Of a DNA stretch of 44,603 nucleotides, positions 1-9,104 are shown in pieces. The DNA is from Candidatus Effluviviaceae Genus IV sp. (GTDB lineage Bacteria > Joyebacterota > Joyebacteria > Joyebacterales > Joyebacteraceae). The position numbers and the translations under genes are program-made. The stretch lies in contig WJLY01000282.1 in NCBI GenBank assembly GCA_014728245.1, positions 1-44,603 on the forward strand, read 5' to 3'. The stretch's first letter is position 1. Every line of letters begins with the position of its first letter. The notes below the pieces were generated by a model that saw only the letters and a program-made list of their open reading frames with translations, made no database searches and was not told the origin of the DNA.

Positions 1-324
1 GTCCTCTCTGTACCTGTCGACCACGGTGCCGCGCCAGAGCGGGACGCCGGCTATGTGCGCGCCCCTTGCAAGCGCGTGGCTGCCCGTCGGCGACGTCCAC
101 AGCACGAAGATGGCCGCGAGGAGGGCCTTCACGCCGATCGCCGACCACCCGCTGTGCACGAGAACGCCGACCAGGATCAGGCACGTCCCCAGCGTCACGC
201 ACTTGGTCGCCGCCTGGAGCCTGTTGTACACGTCGGGAAGGCGGATCAGGCCGATCGCTCCGACGATGTCGAAGAAGACCCCGATCGATATGAGTATGTA
301 CGGTGCGATTCCGCCGCTATTCAT
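1..324 (-). CDS. mrpG: Mrp/Mnh cation:proton antiporter subunit G (3' end runs off the window)
   Basis: Absent from the ORF track because it has no in-window stop. My translation from ATG at 322-324 (minus) reads MNSGGIAPYILISIGVFFDIVGAIGLIRLPDVYNRLQAATKCVTLGTC, a typical MnhG/PhaG N-terminus. The start overlaps the mrpF stop by 8 nt. Confidence 0.8.
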   Translation of the reverse strand, partial: MNSGGIAPYILISIGVFFDIVGAIGLIRLPDVYNRLQAATKCVTLGTCLILVGVLVHSGWSAIGVKALLAAIFVLWTSPTGSHALARGAHIAGVPLWRGTVVDRYRED

Positions 325-571
325 CGAACCCCCTCCCCTCCAGGTACTTCGCCAGAGCGAGCGTTCCGATGAAGGCCAGAAGCGCCCATGCGATCGCCAC
401 GTTGAGGTAGTAGTCCTTGCCGGTAATGACGCCGAAGACCCCGCATATCCCGACCACCATCACGCCGATCGTGTCGATCGCTACCGCCCTGTCGGGGGCC
501 GTCGGCCCCCGCGCCACCCGGAAGAGGCAGATGAATGTCCCGATAATCAGGAGCAGAAGGAACGTCTGCAT
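317..571 (-). CDS. mrpF: Mrp/Mnh antiporter subunit F
   Basis: 84-aa hydrophobic protein (MQTFLLLLIIGTF...AIDTIGVMVV...) of MnhF size and pattern. ATGA start/stop overlap with mrpE. Confidence 0.85.
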   Translation of the reverse strand: MQTFLLLLIIGTFICLFRVARGPTAPDRAVAIDTIGVMVVGICGVFGVITGKDYYLNVAIAWALLAFIGTLALAKYLEGRGFDE

Positions 572-1074
572 CAGTCGAAAACCCTCCTCAAGGTGTACTC
601 GAATCGCCCCGCTATGTCCCGGGTTATGGCCTCGGTGTCTCCGAGGTTCTCGTGGACGTTGATCCAGTGCACGTAGAGCCAGTCGTCGATGATGTCGACC
701 GTGAGCGTGCCCGGCGTAAGCGTGATCGAATTGGCGAGGAACGTCTTGGCCTCGTCAGTCTCGAGTGACGTCTTGACCTTGACGATGCCCGGCCGTATCG
801 GCATGTTCGGGTGGATCACGCGGTACAGCACGTCGAAGTTGGCGACCACGATCCAGAACGACAACGACACCAGGTGGACGAGCGCCCAGAACCACCGCAC
901 CGGGCTGAAGAGCCGTCCTATTCGCTTCGGCAGAAGGCCGGACAGGAGGAACGCGAAGATGACCGCGATGATCGCGCCGACGATCACGCCCTGCGCGTCC
1001 AGTGACCAGGTCAGAAGCAGCCACAGGACGAAGATGATAATGAGATCGAGGAGTCTCCGTTTCAATCGTTCCAT
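571..1074 (-). CDS. mrpE: Mrp/Mnh antiporter subunit E
   Basis: 167 aa with an N-terminal two-TM region followed by an MnhE-like soluble part (TLTPGTLTVDI...). SD GGTGGAGAG lies upstream of the ATG at 1072-1074. Confidence 0.8.
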   Translation of the reverse strand: MERLKRRLLDLIIIFVLWLLLTWSLDAQGVIVGAIIAVIFAFLLSGLLPKRIGRLFSPVRWFWALVHLVSLSFWIVVANFDVLYRVIHPNMPIRPGIVKVKTSLETDEAKTFLANSITLTPGTLTVDIIDDWLYVHWINVHENLGDTEAITRDIAGRFEYTLRRVFD

Positions 1075-1090
1075 CGCTGCTCTCCACCCC

Positions 1091-2635
1091 CTAACCGAGG
1101 ACCAGCTTCACGTATTCAGCGCTATTCAGGAGAACGTCTCTCGCGGGCCCGAGCATTCTCTCCCCGATGGCGGGCTGCGTCACTGCGAGAATACCGAACC
1201 CTACGCACACGACGGCCAGTAGCACGAGCGGTACGTACATCGCCGGGGACACCTCTCTGGCCTGCTCGACGCTACGCCCGACGTCTCCGAAGAGGACCGA
1301 CTTCTGTACCTTCACGTAGTAAACGAGCGTTACGAAGGCCATCGCTATCGCCACGGCGCCGATGCCGAAATGGCCCGCTCTAACCACGGCCACGATGATG
1401 ATGAGCTTGCTCCAGAACCCGCTGAAGGGCGGGACGCCGGCGATGGAGAGCGCGGCGAGGTTCGTCGTCGTCGCCGTTATCGGCATGCGCTCCTTGAGCC
1501 CGCCAAGCAGTTTCATGTCGCGCGTGCCGGTGGCCGACTGGATGGCTCCCGATGAGAGGAAGAGAAGCGACTTGAACGCCGCGTGGTTCACCAGATGGAA
1601 GAGCCCGCCGAAGATAGCCAGCGCGGCGAGCGTCGTCGATTCGCCCGTCGCGAGCACCCTCGCGCCCACGCCGAGCCCGAGCGTCACGTAGCCGATCTGA
1701 CCGATCGAGCTGTAGGCGAGGAGCCTCTTCAGGTCCCACTGGCCGACGGCGGCCAGCCCGCCCACGACTATGGAGAGAACCGAGAAGCCGATCATCGAGT
1801 TCGCGATGATGACCGACCCGGGCGAGGTGGCCGCGAACCCGAAGACGTTGAAGAAGACCCTGCATATCGCGTAGACGCCGAGGCTCTTGATGACCACGCC
1901 CGAGAGCATCGCCGAGATCGGCGCGGGCGCCGACGGGTGCGCGTCCGGCAGCCAGGCGTGGAACGGCACGAGCGCCGCCTTGAGCGAGAAGCCCATGAGG
2001 AAGAGCGCGGCGGCCAGCAGCAGAGCAGGGTTCATCTCGGTCCCGGCCCACTCGGCCGCGATCGTCCTCGACACGTCGGCCATGTTAAGCGAGCCGGTCA
2101 CCGCGTAGACGGTGCCCACGGCGAATAGGATCATCACCGAGGCCACGCTTCCCAGGATCAGGTACTTGAAGCCCGCCTCCAGCTCGTCGGCCTCGACTCC
2201 GAAAGCCACGAGCGCGTAGGACGCGACCGAGGCGATCTCGAGGAAGACGAACAGGTTGAAGAGGTCGCCCGACAGCACCACACCGTTCATCCCCGCCACC
2301 ATGAGCATGAAGAGCCCGTAGTATTTCGGAAGCCCGGTGTACTCCCGCATGTACTTGAGAGAGAAGATGATGCAGAGGAGGCCGATTACGTTGACGGCCA
2401 CCAGAAGGAGAACCGAGAGCCCGTCGGCGACGATCGCGATGCCCTTGGGCGCCGCCCAGCCGCCCATGTGGTGCACGACCGCGGGCGCGCCGATCGAAGC
2501 CAGCGCCATCACCGAGAGCGCCACCATGCTCAATGTCGACAGGACCTCTCCGCTCTTCTTCCACCAGAACCCGATCATCGGGATCAGGAACGCTGCACCG
2601 AGCGGGATCGCTACAAACAGAGGCACAAGGTTCAT
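1091..2635 (-). CDS. mrpD: Mrp subunit D / NuoN-NuoM family proton-conducting membrane subunit
   Basis: 514-aa polytopic protein with the NuoL/M/N-type core (AAL..MGFSLKAALVPFHAWLPDAH, FHLVNHAAFKSLLFL). Confidence 0.9.
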   Translation of the reverse strand: MNLVPLFVAIPLGAAFLIPMIGFWWKKSGEVLSTLSMVALSVMALASIGAPAVVHHMGGWAAPKGIAIVADGLSVLLLVAVNVIGLLCIIFSLKYMREYTGLPKYYGLFMLMVAGMNGVVLSGDLFNLFVFLEIASVASYALVAFGVEADELEAGFKYLILGSVASVMILFAVGTVYAVTGSLNMADVSRTIAAEWAGTEMNPALLLAAALFLMGFSLKAALVPFHAWLPDAHPSAPAPISAMLSGVVIKSLGVYAICRVFFNVFGFAATSPGSVIIANSMIGFSVLSIVVGGLAAVGQWDLKRLLAYSSIGQIGYVTLGLGVGARVLATGESTTLAALAIFGGLFHLVNHAAFKSLLFLSSGAIQSATGTRDMKLLGGLKERMPITATTTNLAALSIAGVPPFSGFWSKLIIIVAVVRAGHFGIGAVAIAMAFVTLVYYVKVQKSVLFGDVGRSVEQAREVSPAMYVPLVLLAVVCVGFGILAVTQPAIGERMLGPARDVLLNSAEYVKLVLG

Positions 2636-2638
2636 CGG

Positions 2639-2986
2639 CTATCCCCTCAGCTTGCTGATATGTGACATGTCGAAGGTCCCGTGCTTCTCGTAGAGCCTTA
2701 TGCACATCGACACCATGAGCGCCAGAACCCCGAGCCCGATCACGATCGACGTGAGCACGAGGGCCTGCGGCAGCGGGTCGACGAACCGCTCGAGTGCGGT
2801 CTCCCCCATCCCGGGCTCGACGATCGGCGCGACGCCTCCCGTCTTGTAGCCCACGATTATCAGATAGAGGTTGACGGCATATTCCATGATCACGATGCCG
2901 ATCACCTTCTTGACGATGTTCTTCTTCGCAACGAGGCAGTAGAGCCCCATCGTGAGCAGAACCACGCACAGGAAATAGACCGTCAT
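2639..2986 (-). CDS. mrpC: Mrp subunit C / NuoK-like
   Basis: 115-aa three-TM protein (MTVYFLCVVLLTMGLYCLVAKKNIVKKVIG...) typical of MnhC. ATGA overlap with the upstream gene. Confidence 0.85.
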   Translation of the reverse strand: MTVYFLCVVLLTMGLYCLVAKKNIVKKVIGIVIMEYAVNLYLIIVGYKTGGVAPIVEPGMGETALERFVDPLPQALVLTSIVIGLGVLALMVSMCIRLYEKHGTFDMSHISKLRG

Positions 2987-3438
2987 GATAGCTCATCCTC
3001 GATCATGGACCTGAAGGAACGTCTGCGGAAGACCGCCAGCGCCGCGAAGACGATGAAGAGCGACGTGCCGACCTTGAAAGCGATGGCTATGTTCGCCGGG
3101 AGTATCATGCCGGAACTTAAGAGCCGGAACTGATCGCCCCGTCCGAACACGTTCAGGAAGAAATACCCCCCCGCGAGCCCGATCCAACCGATGAGCAGGA
3201 AGGCGAGCGCCCCCGCCGAATCGAGGACGTGCCCCATCCTCTCCCCTAGCCGCGAGAAGGCCACCTCCTTGCCGTGCCCCAGCATGAGCAGGATGAACGC
3301 GCACGCGACTATGACGCCTCCGGCGAACCCTCCCCCCGGTGTCAGGTGCCCGTAGAGGACGATGTACGCGCCGAAGATGACGATGAAGGCCACGACGAAA
3401 TCGGTGATGGTCTTGACGATGACTGTCAGTCCCTTCAT
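2983..3438 (-). CDS. mrpB: Mrp subunit B (MnhB domain)
   Basis: 151-aa membrane protein with the MnhB-like motif (GHLTPGGGFAGGVI). ATGA overlap on both sides. Confidence 0.8.
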   Translation of the reverse strand: MKGLTVIVKTITDFVVAFIVIFGAYIVLYGHLTPGGGFAGGVIVACAFILLMLGHGKEVAFSRLGERMGHVLDSAGALAFLLIGWIGLAGGYFFLNVFGRGDQFRLLSSGMILPANIAIAFKVGTSLFIVFAALAVFRRRSFRSMIEDELS

Positions 3439-3995
3439 GCGGGCACCACCTCCTCCTTCTTCGCGACCTTGCCGTCCTTGCGGAGGATCGCGAGGGCCCC
3501 GAGTATCGAGCCGAAGAGAACCGTCGCCTCCCCCAGCGTGTCGTAGGCCCTGTAGTCCAGGATCACCGACGTCACGATGTTGGCCGCGTGCGTCTCAGGA
3601 AGCCCCCTCATCACGTACACCCTGGACACGTTCATCAGCGGCTCGCCGAACTCCGGGAAGCCGCGGCTGCCGAAGATCATCGCCCCGAAGCCGAGGATCA
3701 GGCCGAAGAAGATGAGCGACACGATCACGGCCAGGGTGTCCCGGTGCAGCTCCACCGCCGTGTTGTCGAGGAGGATCGTCCCTCGGATCAGGATGATCAG
3801 CACGAGAATCTCGACCACGAGCTGAGTGATCGCTATGTCGGGCGCGCCCAGGAACAGGAAGGCGACCGACAGCGCGAACCCCACCGCGCTGACCGAGATA
3901 ACGGCCGACAGGAGGTTCCTGGTCTCGATGGCCACGATCGAACCGATGACCATGAAGACCAGAAGCGTGTACAACTGAGGGGTGATGTTTTCCAT
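3435..3995 (-). CDS. DUF4040 / MrpA C-terminal-like membrane subunit
   Basis: 186 aa. It resembles the C-terminal extension of MrpA and the MbhD/E-like subunits (LSAVISVSAVGFALSVAFLFLGAPDIAITQLVVE). Its position between the NuoL-like gene and mrpB fits a split MrpA. Confidence 0.75.
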   Translation of the reverse strand: MENITPQLYTLLVFMVIGSIVAIETRNLLSAVISVSAVGFALSVAFLFLGAPDIAITQLVVEILVLIILIRGTILLDNTAVELHRDTLAVIVSLIFFGLILGFGAMIFGSRGFPEFGEPLMNVSRVYVMRGLPETHAANIVTSVILDYRAYDTLGEATVLFGSILGALAILRKDGKVAKKEEVVPA

Positions 3996-4065
3996 CTAGC
4001 GTCTCCCGCCTGTTGCCAGCTCTATTCCGAAAAAGCGAAAGTCGGCGTCCGAACAGCGGTTGCCT

Positions 4066-5958
4066 CTATTGCATGTTCACAAGCTGCCTCAAAAGCGTGC
4101 TCAGAAGCGCGAACACCACGACGCCGAGGCCTATGACGGCCCACGACAGATACGTGGAGAGCACTCCGTTGTGAAGCATCCGGATGCCCTGGACGATGCC
4201 GTTGCCTATTCTGCCGCCGATCTCATATACGTCGAACACGCGTTGCTCCGCGTTCGCGAAGAGCCCCGACAGGCCCCTGGTCTCCCTGATCGTGTTGTAG
4301 AACCCGGTTCCCGAAACGTGCATCGAGTCGAGATTCGTGGGGGGCCTGGTGCCGCCTATGAACACTCGGCCGGTGCGCATCTTCGACATCTTCGCCGCCA
4401 GGAAGAGCAGGAAGCCGACGGCCAGGCCCAGCAGAATGAGGCCCGTGGCGATACTCGGGCTGAACGAGCCTATGCCCAGCTCGATGCCGCCCGAGGCCGA
4501 CGTCCCGACGGCCCCGTGGACGACCGGATTGATGAAGCGCTCGAGCGGGAAGACCGCGTAGACGCCGAACACGACGCACAGAAGAGCCAGGACGATCATC
4601 GGGACCTGCATGGCCCAGGGCACCTCGCGAACGTGCGAGAGCTTGCTGGGAAGCTGGCCCAGGAAGCCGGAGTAGAGCACCTTCACGAACGAAGCCAGCG
4701 TCAGCGCGCTCCCGAAGAAGGCCGCCACGAGGAAGATCCAGTAGGACGCCACGCCCCTCGAGCCCAGCTCGACGAGCCCCGAGTAGACCATCCACTTCGA
4801 GACGAAGCCGTTCAGCGGCGGCACGCCGGAGATCGACAGCGCGAAGACGGCCGTCGCGATGAAGGTGACCGGCATCGCCCTCGCCAGGCCTCCGAGGTTC
4901 TTGATCTCCGTCGTACCGGCCTGCTTCTCCAGAGATCCCGCGGAGAGGAACAGGCCGGACTTGTATATCGCGTTGTTCAGCATGTGGAAGAGGCCGCCGG
5001 CGATCGCTATCGGTATGCCGGTGCCTATGCCCAGGATCATATAGCCGACCTGGCTGACGGCGTGGTACGAGAGCAACACCTTCAGGTCGTGCTGAACGAG
5101 CGCCATGAGAACGGCGCCAATGATCGTGACGGCTCCTATGATCATGAGGAGGAGCATGATCCCCTGGCCGACACTGAAGAGGTCGAGGCTGATCCTGGCC
5201 AGGAGGTAGATGCCCAGAAGCTTGTCTATCGCCGCGGGCAAGAGCGCCATGACCGGCGTCGGCGCGCCCTTGGCGGCGGCGGGAATCCACGTGTGGAACG
5301 GCATCGCGCCGGCCTTCGTGATGGCGCCGACCATGAGAAGTATGTAGATCCATGTCGTCATACCGTCGCCGACGAATATCGAGAGCTCGTCCATGCTGAC
5401 GGTGCCGAACCGCGCCCAGATCATGGCCACGCCTATGAAGAGCGCCGCGTCGGAGAGCCCCAGCATGACGAAGCTCTTCGCCGCCCCCTCTGAGGCGTCG
5501 AGCTTCTTCAGGCCGGTGTTGACGTACACGTACAGTATGGCGGTCAGGGCCTCCCAGAAGAGCAGGAGGATGACGAGGCTGTTGGCGAGCGCCGCGCCGA
5601 TGCTGGCGGCCACCGTCCAGAGCATGAACGCATAGAAGCGGCGGCCGTCGTGCTCCCGCGAAAGCCAGGAAATGGAGTAGAGCCCCACACCGAACCCGAA
5701 GAGCGCGACGAAGACGACGATGAACGCGCTGAACTGGGTGAGCATGAGATCGAACTGGATCGTCAGGTCACCCAGCGTGCCCCAGTCCTTCACGTACGAA
5801 AGCGGCCACTGGCCGAACAGGCGGAACGCGGCCACGAGAGTCCACGCGAGCGCTATCAGGCTCACCGCCTCCCTGACTCCCCTGACCCTTCTGGGGATCA
5901 GAAGGCAGAGGCCGCCGGCCACGGCCGGCACAACTATCGGTACGAGCAACTGTGGCAT
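4066..5958 (-). CDS. NuoL/HycC/MrpA-N family antiporter-like membrane subunit
   Basis: 630-aa polytopic protein with the NuoL-family core (GAITKAGAMPFHTWIPAAAKGAPTPV, FHMLNNAIYKSGLFLSAG). Strong SD GGGGGAGAAAGAG precedes the ATG. Confidence 0.9.
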   Translation of the reverse strand: MPQLLVPIVVPAVAGGLCLLIPRRVRGVREAVSLIALAWTLVAAFRLFGQWPLSYVKDWGTLGDLTIQFDLMLTQFSAFIVVFVALFGFGVGLYSISWLSREHDGRRFYAFMLWTVAASIGAALANSLVILLLFWEALTAILYVYVNTGLKKLDASEGAAKSFVMLGLSDAALFIGVAMIWARFGTVSMDELSIFVGDGMTTWIYILLMVGAITKAGAMPFHTWIPAAAKGAPTPVMALLPAAIDKLLGIYLLARISLDLFSVGQGIMLLLMIIGAVTIIGAVLMALVQHDLKVLLSYHAVSQVGYMILGIGTGIPIAIAGGLFHMLNNAIYKSGLFLSAGSLEKQAGTTEIKNLGGLARAMPVTFIATAVFALSISGVPPLNGFVSKWMVYSGLVELGSRGVASYWIFLVAAFFGSALTLASFVKVLYSGFLGQLPSKLSHVREVPWAMQVPMIVLALLCVVFGVYAVFPLERFINPVVHGAVGTSASGGIELGIGSFSPSIATGLILLGLAVGFLLFLAAKMSKMRTGRVFIGGTRPPTNLDSMHVSGTGFYNTIRETRGLSGLFANAEQRVFDVYEIGGRIGNGIVQGIRMLHNGVLSTYLSWAVIGLGVVVFALLSTLLRQLVNMQ

Positions 5959-5997
5959 CTCTTTCTCCCCCGCGGACTAGGAGCGAAAGCTCCCCAT

Positions 5998-7170
5998 TCA
6001 GGAGCCTTTCCTGAGCTCTTCGGTCTTCGCGTGTGACAGGGCGATAAGGTCCTTGGACCCGAGCGCCCGGCGGCCGTCGGGCCCGAGCACGGCCATCCGC
6101 TCCGTGCAGCTGTAGCACGGGTCGATGATGGCGAAGATCAGCACGGCGTCCGAGATCGACTCGCCCTTCACGCGCGGCCTGTACGACGGAATGTTGTTGA
6201 ACGTCGGCGCCCTCATCTTGTGGCGCTCCGGCATGTTGGTGCCGTTCGATCTTATGAAGTGGAAGCACTCGCCTCGCGGCGCCTCGACGTGCCCTACGCC
6301 CTCGCCCCGCGGTATCTCGCGGACCTCGTTCGCGATGGGCCCGCCGGGCAGCCTCTCGATGCACTGCTTGATGATCTTGACCGACTCCAGCATCTCCAGA
6401 AGCCGCACCGCCGCGACGGCGAGGCAATCGCCCTCGGGCCGAACGATCACGTCCCAGTCGACCTCCGAGTAGGCCCCGTAGGGCTCGTCGCGCCGCACGT
6501 CGATGTCGAAGCCCGATCCTCTCGCCGTCGGACCGAGCGTCCCGTAGCGGATCGCGTCCTCCTTCGTGAGGAGTCCGACGCCCTTCAGCCGTCCCAGGAT
6601 GACCGGATCGTCGAGGATCGCGTGGAGCAGCATCTCGGTCTGCGCCGCGAACTCGTCCATCCGCTTCAGGACGACGGGCCAGACCTCGTCGGCCACGTCG
6701 CGTCTGACGCCCCCCGGACGATACCACGCGTAGTGGTTGCGGTTGCCGGTGATCGCCTCGAGACTGTCGAGCACCGGCTCGCGGTACTTCCAGCCCCACA
6801 TGAATACCGTCCAGTACCCGAGGATGTGCCCCCCGAGGCCGACCCACAGCATGTGGCTGTGGAGCCGCTCGAGCTCGTGGACGATCGTCCGGAGGTACCG
6901 GGCGCGGTCGGTCGGGCCGATCCCGGCGATGTCCTCCATCGCGCGGCATGCGGCCCAGCTGTGCGAGGCGGAGCAGATGCCGCAGATCCGCTCCACCAGG
7001 AAGCAGTCCTGGTCGTAGGTCTTTTCCTGCGCCAGAAGCTCCATGCCTCTGTGGATGCGGCCGAGATCTATGTCAGCATCCTCGACGGTCTCGCCGTCGA
7101 CGTACAGCGAGATGTACTCCGGTTCCTCGAGGACGGGATGGAAAGGTCCGATCGGTATGAGCGTGCTCAT
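5998..7170 (-). CDS. group-4 (energy-converting) [NiFe]-hydrogenase large subunit, NuoD family
   Basis: 390 aa. The N-terminal Ni-Fe ligand motif RICGICSASH is verified in DNA at 6961-6990. The C-terminal motif DPCYSCTER is verified at 6097-6123 and is followed by a 32-aa tail. Confidence 0.9.
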   Translation of the reverse strand: MSTLIPIGPFHPVLEEPEYISLYVDGETVEDADIDLGRIHRGMELLAQEKTYDQDCFLVERICGICSASHSWAACRAMEDIAGIGPTDRARYLRTIVHELERLHSHMLWVGLGGHILGYWTVFMWGWKYREPVLDSLEAITGNRNHYAWYRPGGVRRDVADEVWPVVLKRMDEFAAQTEMLLHAILDDPVILGRLKGVGLLTKEDAIRYGTLGPTARGSGFDIDVRRDEPYGAYSEVDWDVIVRPEGDCLAVAAVRLLEMLESVKIIKQCIERLPGGPIANEVREIPRGEGVGHVEAPRGECFHFIRSNGTNMPERHKMRAPTFNNIPSYRPRVKGESISDAVLIFAIIDPCYSCTERMAVLGPDGRRALGSKDLIALSHAKTEELRKGS

Positions 7171-7599
7171 CTACTCATCCCTCCTCATGGCGTGGAAGTC
7201 GGCGGGCCGGTCGTGCGACGAGAGCAGTTTCCTCGGATCCGGATGGTCGATGAACTCCACTCCGAGAAAGTCGAAGATCTCCCGCTCGATGAAGTCGGCC
7301 GCCGGGTAGTACTTGGTCAGGGACTCGATCTTCGGGAACGGCTTGTCGAGCGTCGTCCTGATGTTGACCACCGTGCCGTCCCGGTCGATGCAGAAGTGGT
7401 ACAGAAGCTCCACGCCGGTGCTCCTGTCGCTCCCCGTCGCCGTCGCCAGCCTCCCGCCCGCCTCTTCATACATATGTCTCGTTACGGGGATCCAGTCGTC
7501 GTTCGAGACGGTGACGTACGCCCTCCTGTCGGTCCGCTCGACGATGTCGACCCTGTCCCCGAACTTGGCCTTCAGTTCCTGCAGAACTTGCTTACTCAT
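7171..7599 (-). CDS. NuoC/MbhK-like hydrogenase subunit
   Basis: NuoC-type C-terminus (ADFIEREIFDFLGVEFIDHPDPRKLL). I chose the internal ATG (MSKQVLQELKAKFG) because it follows SD GGGAGA and avoids overlap with the upstream gene. The track ORF extends to 7665. Confidence 0.85.
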   Translation of the reverse strand: MSKQVLQELKAKFGDRVDIVERTDRRAYVTVSNDDWIPVTRHMYEEAGGRLATATGSDRSTGVELLYHFCIDRDGTVVNIRTTLDKPFPKIESLTKYYPAADFIEREIFDFLGVEFIDHPDPRKLLSSHDRPADFHAMRRDE

Positions 7600-7651
7600 T
7601 ACCCCGTCTCTCCCGTTCCACGGAGCGGCGCCCTGCCGCGCGAATCCACCC

Positions 7652-8065
7652 CTATAGCTTCCCAATGAGCTTGACGATGCCGTCTATTATGGCCTCGGGC
7701 CTCGGGGGACAACCGGGAATGTAGGCGTCGACCGGTATGTGCTTGTCGACCGGCCCGGCGAAGTTGTAGCCGTCCTTGAAGATCCCGCCGGTCAGCGCGC
7801 ACGCGCCCAGCGCCACGACGGCCACAGGCCTTGGAGCCTGCTCGTACGCCTCCAGCAGCTGAGGCACGACCTTGCGCGTAACGATTCCCGAAACCAGGAG
7901 CACGTCCGCGTGCTTGACGCTCCCGACGAGCTTGATGCCGAACCGCTCCACGTCGAATCGAGGACACAGGCAGTCCAGAACCTCGATGTCGCAGTTGTTG
8001 CAGGCCCCCGCGTTCAGGTGGAAGACCCACAGCGACTTCTTGAATCCCCATTTCGTTGCGCCCAT
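7652..8065 (-). CDS. NuoB/HycG/MbhJ-like hydrogenase small subunit ([4Fe-4S] N2-type)
   Basis: 137 aa with GACNNCDIE ... ALGACALTGG ... IPGCPPRPEAI, the Cys pattern of group-4 small subunits. Confidence 0.9.
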   Translation of the reverse strand: MGATKWGFKKSLWVFHLNAGACNNCDIEVLDCLCPRFDVERFGIKLVGSVKHADVLLVSGIVTRKVVPQLLEAYEQAPRPVAVVALGACALTGGIFKDGYNFAGPVDKHIPVDAYIPGCPPRPEAIIDGIVKLIGKL

Positions 8066-8116
8066 TCGTCCCTCACTCCGTTCGGTCCGGAACCCTGCGC
8101 CCGCCGGCGCCCGCTC

Positions 8117-9055
8117 TTACAGCCCGGCCAGCGCCAGGATGATCCCGATGATCGCGAGCACCGTGACGGGTCCCCAGAAGAACCGCACCGCCTGGTCTAT
8201 TCTCACCCTCGGATTGGTGTTCTTGATGAGTATGGCGATGGTCACGATCAAGACGTACTTGACGATCGTATAGAGTAGGCCCCACCCGGTGAACTGAAGC
8301 CCTCCCCAGAAGAGCGTTATGAAGAGGACGGGAAGCGTGAACAGCATCATCGCCTGCGTCAGCTTCACGACTCCCAGTATGGGCCCCGAGTACTCCATGT
8401 GCGTCCCGTCCATCAGCTCGGTCTCCGCTTCCGGGATGTCGAACGGCGGGTACGTGAGCTTCGCCTGCATGCAGAGGACCGCAACGATGAAGGCGATTAT
8501 GCAGGACGGATGGCCGAGAAGGACGCCGTTCGCCGCCTGGTGCTCAAGTATGGCCTCGAGCTTCAGCGACATCGGCGACACCTTGGACACGGCCGTGAAG
8601 ATCGCGATGACGAACGGAAGCTCGTATGCCAGGATGAGCTTCATCTCGCGGGAGGCGCCCACGCTGGCCAGCGGGTTGGATGAAGCCGAGGCGCCGATGA
8701 TCATCCCGATCGAGGGTATGGTGAGAAGGTAGATGACCGCGATCAGGTCCCCGACGAAGCCTACTCCCTGCATGTTGGCCAGCCATAGCATCATCGACAC
8801 CACCGTCACCGCGGCCAGGCCGGCCATCGGCGCCAGCAGGAACCCCGTCCTCTTGGCGCCCTCGGGAATCACGATCTCCTTGCCCAAGAGCTTCAGGATG
8901 TCGGCGAAAGGCTGGTACCACGGAGGGCCCACGCGCCACTGGACCCTGGCGGACACCTTCCTGTCCACCCAGGTCGTGAGCAGCCCGACGACCGCGGTGA
9001 ACAGGAGCCCGGGGAATATCAGGAAGTAGATAAACATGTTCAGTGTCGATGCCAT
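8117..9055 (-). CDS. NuoH/HycD/MbhM-like membrane subunit
   Basis: 312-aa polytopic protein with a NuoH-like N-terminal part (VDRKVSARVQWRVGPPWYQPFADILKLLGKE). Confidence 0.9.
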   Translation of the reverse strand: MASTLNMFIYFLIFPGLLFTAVVGLLTTWVDRKVSARVQWRVGPPWYQPFADILKLLGKEIVIPEGAKRTGFLLAPMAGLAAVTVVSMMLWLANMQGVGFVGDLIAVIYLLTIPSIGMIIGASASSNPLASVGASREMKLILAYELPFVIAIFTAVSKVSPMSLKLEAILEHQAANGVLLGHPSCIIAFIVAVLCMQAKLTYPPFDIPEAETELMDGTHMEYSGPILGVVKLTQAMMLFTLPVLFITLFWGGLQFTGWGLLYTIVKYVLIVTIAILIKNTNPRVRIDQAVRFFWGPVTVLAIIGIILALAGL

Positions 9056-9104
9056 CCTGTTACCTCTCCATTGGAGTCCGTTCCGCGTGCGCAGAAGCGT
9101 GAGT

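Noticed and set aside
5768-6949. 393-aa minus-strand ORF, plus the 4060-5493 and 6220-7668 plus-strand ORFs
   Set aside because: These are alternate-frame or antisense ORFs inside the hydrogenase large-subunit and NuoL-like genes. They have an Arg/Gly/Asp-rich composition, whereas the chosen frames carry conserved catalytic motifs.
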